From Macrostomum hystrix (lineage: Eukaryota > Animalia > Platyhelminthes), in assembly GCA_950097015.1 (NCBI GenBank), contig CATNEN010000038.1, positions 11,346,001 to 11,410,000 on the forward strand: a DNA stretch of 64,000 nucleotides, given 5' to 3'. The notes beneath the pieces were generated by a model that had not been told where the DNA came from, searched no databases, and saw only the letters and a list, made by a program, of their open reading frames with translations. Numbering within the stretch: position 1 is the first letter of the stretch; each line of letters begins with the position of its first letter. The position numbers were made by a program, and so were the translations under genes. Below are positions 13,454-23,621 of the stretch, in pieces.

Positions 13454-16400
13454 TTCCTTCTGGGACTGCCGTTCAACTTGCTGGGCACCGATCTGTGAAT
13501 GCACATTACCAATCAAACCTGCTCTTTCATTGTTTCAGTTGTGATTCTGACCCTTTTTTTCTTCCCCGACTCTTTCTTTCTACCCCCTTGACTCTATCTT
13601 TCTCCCTCCGGACTCTTTCTTTCTTCCCCGACTCTTTCTTTCTACCACCTTGACTCCTTCTTTCTTCCCTGACTTTTTCTTTCTCCACCCTGACTCTTTC
13701 TTTCTCCCCCTTGACTCTTTCTTTTCCCCCCTTGACTCTTTCTTTCTCCCCCTTGACTCTTTCTTTCTCCTCCCTGACTCTTTCTTTCTCCCCCTTGACT
13801 CTTTTTTTCTTCTCCTGACTATCTTTCTCCCCCTTGACTCTTTTTTTCTTCTCCTGACTATCTTTCTCCCCCTTGACTCTTTTTTCTTCTCCTGACTATC
13901 TTTCTGCCCCTTGACTCTTTTTGTCCCCCCTTGACTCTTTCTTTCTCCCCCCCTGACTCTTTCTTTCTCCCCCCTGACTCTTTCTTTCTCCCCCTTGACT
14001 CTTTCCTTCTTCCCCTGACACTTTCTTTCTTCTCCTGACTATCTTTCTCCCCCTTGACTCTTTTTTTCTTCTCCTGACTATCTTTCTGCCCCTTGACTCT
14101 TTTTCCCCCTGACTCTTTATTTCTCCACCTGACTCTTTCTATCTCCCTCCTGGCTTTCTGCTCTCCAGACAGTTTCTTTCTACCTCGACTGTTTATTTCT
14201 ACCCCTGACTGTTTCTTTCTCCCTCCTGACTTTCATTCTTCTACCCAGACTTGCTGCTTGCCTGACTCTTTCTTTCTCATAGCACGTTGGCTAAGATCCA
14301 ATCCGGAGTCAGGGATCGAACCACTGACTCACCGCTTGTTGCCTAGCAGTGAGGGCAGTCTAGTTCGCTTGCCAGCCGCCGGCACTGGCGACACCTGGGC
14401 GGTCCTCGCCTTCGGCGCCGGCTCTTCGGATTCGGCCAGATCAGCGCCAAGCTCAACGACAGCTGGCGTCCGGGCACCGCTAACAGACGAAGCGTTTGTC
14501 GACTTTATCGACGAAGACTTGCTAGCGACAATGTCAAAGTTGTTACTTTTTGTTGAGCTTCCAGTTAGCAGCCGCGTATCCAGTCCTTCGCCGAAGGCGC
14601 TGCCGCCCCCGCCGCTGCAGATGCTGCATGCGGCCAATGCTGATTCCTGTTAGAAAATTGGCGCTAAATATACATTGTTTCTCAAATTAAATTTGAGATC
14701 TGGGATCGGGGATCTGGGATCGGAGATCTGGGATCGAAGATCTGGGATCGGGGATCTGGGATCGGGATCTGGAATCGGGGATCTGGGATCGGGGATCGGG
14801 GATCTGGGATCGGGGATCTGGGATCGGGGATCTGGGATCGGGGATCTGGGATCGGGGATCTGGGATCGGGGATCTGAGATCGGGGATCTGGGATCGGGGA
14901 TCTGGGATCGAGAATCTGGGATCGGGGATCTGGGATCGGGGATCTGGGATCGGGGATCTGGGATCGGGGATCTGGGATCGGAGATCTGGGATCGGGGATC
15001 TGAGATCGGGGATCTGGGATCGGGGATCTGGAATCGAGAATCTGGGATCGGGGATCTGGGATCGGAGATCTGGGATCGGAGATCTGGGATCGGGGATCTG
15101 GGATCGGGGATCTGGGATCGGGGGTCTGGGATCGGGATCTGGGATCGGGGATCTGGGATCGGGGTTCTGGGATCGGGGATCTGGGATCGGGGATCTGGGA
15201 TCGGGATCTGGGATCGGGGATCTGGGATCTGGGATCGGAGATCTGGGATCGGGGATCTGGGATCGGGGATCTGGGATCTGGGATCGGGATCTGGGATCGG
15301 GGTTCTGGGATCGGGGATCTGGGATCGGGATCTGGGATCGTGGATCTGGGATCTGGGATCGGGGATCTGAGATCGGGGATCTGGGATCGGGGATCTGGGA
15401 TCGAGAATCTGGGATCGGGGATCTGGGATCGGAGATCTGGGATCGGAGATCTGGGATCGGGGATCTGGGATCGGGGATCTGGGATCGGGGATCTGGGATC
15501 GGGATCTGGGATCGGGGATCTGGGATCGGGGATCTGGGATCGAGAATCTGGGATCGGGGATCTGGGATCGGAGATCTGGGATCGGGGATCTGGGATCGGG
15601 GATCTGGGATCGGAGATCTGGGATCGGGGATCTGAGATCGGGGATCTGGGATCGGGGATCTGGGATCGAGAATCTGGGATCGGGGATCTGGGATCGGAGA
15701 TCTGGGATCGGAGATCTGGGATCGGGGATCTGGGATCGGGGATCTGGGATCGGGGATCTGGGATCGGAGATCTGGGATCGGGGATCTGGGATCGGGGATC
15801 TGGGATCGGAGATCTGGGATCGGAGATCTGGGATCGGGATCTGAGATCGGGGATCTGGGATCGGGGATCTGGGATCGAGAATCTGGGATCGGGGATCTGG
15901 GATCGGAGATCTGGGATCGGAGATCTGGGATCGGGGATCTGGGATCGGGGATCTGGGATCGGGGGTCTGGGATCGGGATCTGGGATCGGGGATCTGGGAT
16001 CGGGGTTCTGGGATCGGGGATCTGGGATCAGGGATCTGGGATCGGGATCTGGGATCGGGGATCTGGGATCTGGGATCGGAGATCTGGGATCGGGGATCTG
16101 GGATCGGGGATCTGGGATCTGGGATCGGGATCTGGGATCGGAGTTCTGGGATCGGGGATCTGGGATCGGGATCTGGGATCGGGGATCTGGGATCTGGGAT
16201 CGGGGATCTGGGATCGGGGATCTGGGATCGGGGATCTGGGATCTGGGATCGGGATCTGGGATCGGGGTTCTGGGATCGGGGATCTGGGATCGGGATCTGG
16301 GATCGGGATCTGGGATCGGGATCTGGGATCGGGGATCTGGGATCTGGGATCGGAGATCTGGGATCGGGGATCTGGGATCGGGGATCTGGGATCTGGGATC

Positions 16401-19400
16401 GGGATCTGGGATCGGGGTTCTGGGATCGGGGATCTGGGATCGGGATCTGGGATCGGGGATCTGGGATCTGGGATCGGAGATCTGGGATCTCACCACATTG
16501 CTCACCACAAAGTACTCATCACGGTTGGTCACAGAGGACCTGATGATGTCTGTCACCAGCTGTCGTTCGCGAGGTGATGCGGCTACTAGCCAGGCTCGCA
16601 CAGCTGCCCGATCTTGAGTCTGCAGAATACGGCACAGCATGCTCATGACTGAGTCCTGCAGCAGCTCCAGTTTGCCGATAGCCTGCCCCCTGTTGCCCTT
16701 GTCGGCGACTGCCAGACGGCCAGTCAGGGGACTGTACAGACGCTGCAGCTGCCTCGCCTGTTGTGGATTGGCTTGCGGAAGCGAATGAATGAGGAAAATT
16801 CGAATTATGGATATAAACAAATGATCATTTATTAATTATCGAAATCATATTACAAGCAAAGAAATGAACTCTTATTAAAAACAAAATAAAACACTATTTG
16901 AAATCCCAATCCCATTTAATTTAGTGCCAACTAATATATCGTGCAGCTGTGACCGTTGCGATAGCTAGCTACGTAATTGTACTTTAGGTTCTACTTATTC
17001 TACTTAAATTATTAGTGCTTCAGTATATACGTACATATCGTTTTAACTGAAACTTTTCTAATGGGATTAAACAGTTCTTGTAAGTAATTTAGAGACAACT
17101 AAACTGAGTAATGAATAACAAATTATAAAACGCAGGAATACGCTGTTAAGATTTTTTTGAGAAACTAATTTTTTTATTTAAGTAGTATCAAAACACATTT
17201 ATTTCTTAAAAATGAAACACACGGACGACACGATAGTAGAAGACTCAAATTAGTTCCAAAACAGCATTGGATAATGATTTAATAAATTTAAATCCGGAAG
17301 CATTTTCAAGCTGATAGCTGGATGCAGTACTGCTGTACTACATGTCACCAGTATTGTGCTTGCTTTCCATTGCACTCTAATAGCCATCGTTATCTGGCTT
17401 GTCCGAATCATCGTACGGCTTGGGATTGGGATTGTAACCAGGCTTGTTGTAGGTGTCGTCGTACGGCTTAGGATTGGGATTGTAGCCAAGCTTGTTGTAG
17501 GTGTCGTCGTCCGGCTTAGGATTGGGATTGTAGCCAGGCTTGTTGTAGGTGTCGTCGTACGGCTTGGGATTGGGATTGTAACCAGGCTTGTTGTAGGTGT
17601 CGTCGTACGGCTTGGGATTGGGATTGTAGCCAGGCTTGTTGTAGGTGTCGTCGTACGGCTTGGGATTGGGATTGTTGCCAGGCTTGTTGTAGGTGTCGTC
17701 GTACGGCTTGGGATTGGGATTGTAACCAGGCTTGTTGTTGTTGTCGTCGTACGGCTTGGGATTGGGATTGTAGCCAGGCTTGTTGTAGGTGTCGTCGTAC
17801 GGCTTGGGATTGGGATTGTAACCAGGCTTGTTGTTGTTGTCGTCGTACGGCTTGGGATTGGGATTGTAGCCAAGCTTGTTGTAGGTGTCATCGTCCGGCT
17901 TAGGATTGGGATTGTAACCAGGCTTGTTGTAGGTGTCGTCGTACGGCTTAGGATTGGGATTGTAGCCTGCAGGCTTGTTGTAGGTGTCGTCGTACGGCTT
18001 GGGATTGGGATTGTAACCAGGCTTGTTGTTGTTGTCGTCGTACGGCTTGGGATTGGGATTGTAGCCAGGCTTGTTGTAGGTGTCGTCGTACGGCTTGGGA
18101 TTGGGATTGTAACCAGGCTTGTTGTTGTTGTCGTCGTACGGCTTGGGATTGGGATTGTAGCCAAGCTTGTTGTAGGTGTCATCGTCCGGCTTAGGATTGG
18201 GATTGTAACCAGGCTTGTTGTAGGTGTCGTCGTACGGCTTGGGATTGGGATTGTAACCAGGCTTGTTGTAGGTGTCGTCGTACGGCTTAGGATTGGGATT
18301 GTTGCCAGGCTTGTTGTAGGTGTCGTCGTACGGCTTGGGATTGGGATTGTAGCCAGGCTTGTTGTAGGTGTCGTCGTACGGCTTGGGATTGGGATTGTAA
18401 CCAGGCTTGTTGTAGGTGTCGTCGTACGGCTTGGGATTGGGATTGTAACCAGGCTTGTTGTAGGTGTCGTCGTACGGCTTGGGATTGGGATTGTAACCAG
18501 GCTTGTTGTAGGTGTCGTCGTACGGCTTGGGATTGGTATTGTAGCCAGGCTTGTTGTAGGTGTCTTCGTCCGGCTTAGGATTGGGATTGTAACCAGGCTT
18601 GTTGTAGGTGTCGTCGTACGGCTTAGGATTGGGATTGTAACCAGGCTTGTAGTTATTGTCGTCGTTCGGCTTAGGATTGGGATTGTAACCAGGCTTGTAG
18701 TTATTGTCGTCGTTCGGCTTAGGATCGGGATTGTAACCAGGCTTGTAGTTATTGTCGTCGTTCGGCTTAGGATCGGGATTGTAACCAGGCTTGTAGTTAT
18801 TGTCGTCGTTCGGCTTAGGATCGGGATTGTAACCAGGCTTGTAGTTATTGTCGTCGTTCGGCTTAGGATCGGGATTGTAACCAGGCTTGTAGTTATTGTC
18901 GTCGTCATATGATCTGGGATTGTAGCCGGGTTTGTTGTTCGAATCATCATAGTCGACTGGTGGAGCAGGTGTCAGCGTGGCCCACAATGCCACTGACAGC
19001 AGAATGCTTAGGCGCATTGTTTTCATTAATTTCAGACTTTTAAAACAAGGCAGTAGAAATAAATAACTTTCAATTGGTGTCCTCTCTTGTAGTTCTGTTG
19101 AAGTCAGTTATTTATAACCCTACAGGACCCCAATACTTATCCCCCCTCTAAACCCTCCACCAAGGCGTTATCAGTTGACTTGTGTGCGCCTTCTCGGGAC
19201 TGAAGTGTGAAGTGTTAGTTCGGAGGAGGTTGAGGTGCGACGTTGGGCAGAGGGTTGAGAATCAGCCAATCAGATCGCTCTAAGAAAAAACGCTTATATT
19301 GTTTCAACATGGACCAGTTTGAACAAGAACTTGTTTTTTTACTAACATCATGACCCACTATGCGCACTTAAATGTCAAACAGCACAGTCTGTGATCCTCT

Positions 19401-20871
19401 TGCTTTTAGACTAACAAAATAACAAATAAGTAAGCCCTTGATGCACTTTTATTGGACACAAAAGCTATTTTCACTGGACACTGTTTCAAACGAGTGGAAA
19501 ATCACTTTAAATTTTTTTCTACTTTAACTATTTGTCCGTGACCGTAAGCTTAAATTCAATCATGAGATACTCGTATCAGTAATACTTTGCTCCATCTTGT
19601 ATGGTTTTATAATACATTAGTTTCTTTAGAATTTAAGATTAAAGATCAAATCCAAACTGCAAACCATTATCTACTCACCTGCACTAGTCTGATTCGGATG
19701 CTCCGATGACGTGACGCCGTCTCGCACAATGAAAGTCTCCCTGACGAGATTGGACAGAGCCGCTCGCCACGCAGCATCGCCAGCGCCTGACCCTGACTGA
19801 GCCTCAGCCTGAAGTCTAGCAAACTGCTCTAGATGCTGCGGCTTGGTCAAGCCGCGTAGTGACGAACCCGGATTAGCGGCCGCGGCAAGAAGCTGCTCAG
19901 GCCGAGCAGTCGGATAGCAACTGCATGGCGGTTTTTTGTATAGAATAGAGTTAGTTTAAAAATTGGAATTTTTCTTTATGGTAATCCCATGAAAGCCGAA
20001 ACAGCAATCACAGCCACAGGGACACCCTAGCACTTATGACAATCCCATCCCAAAGAAAACCCAAATAAACAGGAACAGTCTGTTGCAATTACAATTACAT
20101 AGTGCAGTCTATGGCAATCTCATAATGGACACAGAGAAACAGTCCATGGCAATTCCACGGACTCAGTAACAGCCTATGGCAAATTGGGCAAAGAGTAACA
20201 GTCTATGGCAATCCCATGGGCAAAGAGTAACAGTCTATGGCAATCCCATGGGCAAAGAGTAACAGTCCATGGCAATCCCATGGGCAAAGAGTAACAGTCT
20301 ATGGCCATCCAATGAACACAGAGTAAAAATCTATGGCAATCCGATGCATGGATACAGTGAAATCTATGGCGATCCCATGCATGGACACAGTCAAACCAAT
20401 GGCAATCCCATGCATGGGCACAGTCAAACCAATGGCAATCCCATGCATGGACACAGTCAAACCAATGGCAATCCCATGCATGGACACAGTCAAACCAATG
20501 GCAATCCCATGCATGGACACAGTCAAACCAATGGCAATCCCATGCATGGACACAGTCAAACCAATGGCAATCCCATGCATGGACACAGTCAAACCAATGG
20601 CAATCCCATGCATGGACACAGTCAAACCAATGGCAATCCCATGGTCGCAGGAAGTCCAGTCTCACATATGAAAATCCAGTGGCATGCCGCTGTCCACCAC
20701 ACTGGGCACTTGGCAGCCCTGCAAGGCACAGATGTGAACGCATCGGTGCGGATGCGGATTGTGCCTAGTGATGACAGCGTGGGCTTTGAAGACGGCGGGT
20801 TCTATTGACTGTTCAGGCCTTCCAACTGTCGCTGTTGTCGATGCTCGACTTCTGGACTCAGACTGCTTCAT
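13454..20871 (-). CDS. TBATA: TBATA/SPATIAL-like protein (thymus, brain and testis associated family); last exon not resolved
   Basis: Exons 20871-20666, 19920-19679, 16771-16494, 14646-14333 and 13492-13454 splice in phase (2, 1, 0, 2, 2). Motifs ITRHNPHPHRCVHI, AWRAALSNL, LYSPLTGRL and MLCRILQTQDRAAVRAWLVAASPRERQLV resemble, from memory, TBATA blocks FSRHHPHPQHVTHI, YSxETGRL and LLCQILQTDSLSAIQFWLLYAPPKEK. Confidence 0.75.
13545..14280. repeat. Pyrimidine-rich ~21-bp minisatellite (TGACTCTTTCTTTCTCCCCCT)n
   Basis: Directly visible, degenerate. Confidence 0.9.
14694..16490. repeat. (GGGATCTGGGATCGG)n array filling almost all of TBATA intron 14647-16493
   Basis: Directly visible; begins immediately after the GTGAG donor. 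Confidence 0.97.
17173..17203 (-). terminator. Two candidate polyadenylation signals (AATAAA) for the nested gene
   Basis: TTTATT on the + strand at 17173-17178 and 17198-17203, about 175-200 nt past the stop codon. Confidence 0.55.
17377..19026 (-). CDS. Secreted Tyr/Pro/Asn/Lys/Asp-rich tandem-repeat protein (16-aa unit KPGYNPNPKPYDDTYN), intronless, nested in a TBATA intron
   Basis: ATG followed by a signal-peptide-like stretch (MRLSILLSVALWATLTPA); ~32 units of 48 bp; unique N- and C-termini; the only indel seen is a 3-nt insertion (KPAGY); upstream TATAAATA and downstream AATAAA. Confidence 0.85.
   Translation of the reverse strand: MKTMRLSILLSVALWATLTPAPPVDYDDSNNKPGYNPRSYDDDNNYKPGYNPDPKPNDDNNYKPGYNPDPKPNDDNNYKPGYNPDPKPNDDNNYKPGYNPDPKPNDDNNYKPGYNPNPKPNDDNNYKPGYNPNPKPYDDTYNKPGYNPNPKPDEDTYNKPGYNTNPKPYDDTYNKPGYNPNPKPYDDTYNKPGYNPNPKPYDDTYNKPGYNPNPKPYDDTYNKPGYNPNPKPYDDTYNKPGNNPNPKPYDDTYNKPGYNPNPKPYDDTYNKPGYNPNPKPDDDTYNKLGYNPNPKPYDDNNNKPGYNPNPKPYDDTYNKPGYNPNPKPYDDNNNKPGYNPNPKPYDDTYNKPAGYNPNPKPYDDTYNKPGYNPNPKPDDDTYNKLGYNPNPKPYDDNNNKPGYNPNPKPYDDTYNKPGYNPNPKPYDDNNNKPGYNPNPKPYDDTYNKPGNNPNPKPYDDTYNKPGYNPNPKPYDDTYNKPGYNPNPKPYDDTYNKPGYNPNPKPDDDTYNKLGYNPNPKPYDDTYNKPGYNPNPKPYDDSDKPDNDGY
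19109..19116 (-). promoter_or_regulatory. TATA box of the nested repeat-protein gene
   Basis: TATAAATA about 85 nt upstream of the ATG; CCAAT box (AGCCAATCAG) near 19264-19273. Confidence 0.6.
20195..20645. repeat. 30/33-bp minisatellite (ATGGCAATCCCATGCATGGACACAGTCAAACCA)n in a TBATA intron
   Basis: Directly visible. Confidence 0.94.
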
Positions 20872-21748
20872 TGCTGCAGATAGAATTCTTTAAACTACGA
20901 GTATATTCTGCTCGAGCACAGCTCAAAATAAGTAATATTGTTGTCCAATTTATGTGCTCTAGACTAGTAATGATGAAGCAACGTGAAAAACAGAAGCACC
21001 GGTTCGGCAGACAGACAGACAAGCTCGATGGCTGACATCAAACAATGGTAGATTTTGCACAGAATATAAATGGTTTTTTGAATGTGGCAGATCTGGTTAG
21101 ACAGAGCCAGTGCGATAAACTCCTCCGGTCCTTGTAAAATTCTCATTAAAACTGAGATTTGTGAGTTATTATTGTAAAAGCTTTTGAGCATAAAAACTGC
21201 TCTCTTCTGTCGCTTGTGTTTTTTCATCGAAGCAGAATTTGGTACTTGGGCACTAAAAAAAGTGCGAGACCTTAACGGCGCCTGGTAAACAAGCCCCTCC
21301 CCACACCACTTATAGAGGCGAAATTTTTCGTCCACTTTAGGAAGCTGAATACGTCATTGAACAGTCATAATGAATGTCATTCTAGAGGTCATTGGGTCAT
21401 TTTGTTATAGGCCTTATTTAATAAATTTAACTTTTATTCTACCGCTGACACGCTGACACCGAAGTTGTTGCAGGTGGAAATTAACTATCCCACCGCTGCC
21501 ACCAAAGTTGTACCAGGGCTTTACTTAACAACTGGCTTTTATAAGAAAATCCCACCGCTGTTATCAAAGTTGTGGTAGGCGTGCTTTCTTTTTTTTTTAC
21601 TTAAATTCTACTGAATGCCACCAAGGTTGTACTGGGGCTATTTTAATAATTTCACTGCTGTTGACTCCTTAAAAGATATTTTTAAATGGCGGTCCTTAAA
21701 TGGGCCGTTTTAGCTTCTCAAATGGTAGCGTTTATATATGCACGAGCG

Positions 21749-21761
21749 GTAACTAGGCAAC
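21749..21761. promoter_or_regulatory. RFX X-box candidate upstream of the TBATA-like gene
   Basis: GTAACTAGGCAAC (reverse complement GTTGCCTAGTTAC), followed on the minus strand by TATATAAA at ~21731-21738. Confidence 0.55.
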
Positions 21762-22431
21762 TGTACACGTTTCCAGTCAATTAGGCGTCCCCGAGATTAG
21801 AGTTTAGCAGTTTCTCTTGTGTAATATTCTTAGTATAATTCTTGAGTATAATTCTGATTATATCTGTCACTGCTATTTCTTCTTAAAATGAATAACACAA
21901 TGCACACAATAACCTTCGGAAATTTGCTTTTTTAACACACTTAAAAGTTCTATTTATAAACACACTAAAAACTCCTTCAATTTCAACTTCAATTCTTTAA
22001 ACACTTCAATTTACGAGCCGTATCTCAACCTTTAAACTCACTCTTTAAACTCTCTTGAAAACACTTCAAACTTATGAAAACCTTGAAATCTCTTAAAACC
22101 TGACAAACTTTACAAAACTTACTTCAACACACACTGACAACGTTCAACTGACAACTTACAACTGACAACTTTAACTTCAACTTTAACTTCAACTTTAACT
22201 TCAAACTACCCTTTTCAGTCCTCTTTATTTTTCTCTCTGAAAACTCGCCGCTATTTATACACAGAGAAATTAGCGTTTGTTTTAATTCGCATATCTTACA
22301 TAATATTATTTACATGATGAAAGGTAAAACAAAATTATTTTCATACAACATTACTTTTAATACGGTACAAAGATTAACAAAATATATATTTGGCGCGTTT
22401 TTGATTTTTATTTATTTTTACGATTTTATAA

Positions 22432-22622
22432 TAAGAGCAAGAACGTATATACATAATGAAATGGCTAAAACACTGTCACAAGAGCAAGAACGTATATACA
22501 TAATGAAATGGCTAAAACACTGTCACAAGAGCAAGAACGTATATACATAATGAAATGGCTAAAACACTGTCACAAGAGCAAGAACGTATATACATAATGA
22601 AATGGCTAAAACACTGTCACAA
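22432..22622. repeat. 47-bp tandem repeat, 4 copies
   Basis: AAGAGCAAGAACGTATATACATAATGAAATGGCTAAAACACTGTCAC repeated. Confidence 0.95.
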
Positions 22623-23621
22623 TTTAAAAGCTTATAAAACGTCAGTAAAGAGACTATTGAGCGGTCATCGAACAGGTCGTTTAGCATCGACGTGTAGTCA
22701 TTGCGGAGATCATTTAACATTTCGTAGCAAGCACACGAAACGCAAGAACACGGGGCCAACTTTTTGTTGCGCATCTTCTGAAACAAGAAATCAAGTCGCC
22801 AGCCCTTCAGATCGTCGAGGTATTCAACGGTTCTGGCCGAAGGTCGGATTTTTCCCTTAAGAGCTAGTGCGTATTTGACACAATCCTATGCACAAACTTG
22901 CACTGTGCCTCAGTGCGGCCTTGCCAGGCCTTCAAACTTTATCAGCATGTCAGTCGAAATGTGCCTGCATCATCTCCGACCTCGGTGGTCACCGACCTTT
23001 ATCTAGATATAAAAAGGGCCGGCAAAATGGGTTGGTAGTGCATCTGTTAATAATCATTGTAGAGGTATTAATTGAGCTATCATTTTGGCGGTCGTTAAGC
23101 AGGTTCGATTGGGACGTACATCATAAAAAATTAAATGACATCATTGCGCAGGTCCTTAAAGACTCATAAATCAGTAAATTGATATAATTTAAATTTGAGC
23201 TTTTGAGCAATAGTCGAATAGTTGATTGAGTAGCCATTGCACGAGATCAGGCCACTGATCAGTCATGATCTGAGTCATTGTAAAAGCAAAATTATAGAAG
23301 TTAAAGGAACAATAAAAGCAAATATCGCAGCCAACCCTAGCCAAAGCCACCGACTTGAGTCCAGTCTGTCCAGCCTTAAACAACATGCCATTTTTTGAGT
23401 ACAGTCCACATAGACGATTGTCTATAGTTGCAAACTGAAAATATTGATTCCCTAAATTTCAAATCAACTCCACACAATTGAATGTACGAATAAAATAAAT
23501 AAACTAGTACCAGTTTGAATCACCAAATGCTCGAGAAAGTATTCTTAAACGACGCCTTAACTTTTGTTAAGCTTTACTTCAATTGCTTAAACAAGCACTC
23601 GAAGCGAAGTGTAGGTGAAAG

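Noticed and set aside
14682-16820. 712-aa PDPRSQI repeat ORF and its antisense ORFs
   Set aside because: Read-through from a real exon into an intronic array; the donor at 16493 splices in phase to 14646
17250-18950. Thr-rich mucin-like ORF (-) and Val-rich ORF (+) overlapping the repeat gene
   Set aside because: Shadow frames of a 48-bp repeat; only the 19026 frame has a signal peptide and promoter context
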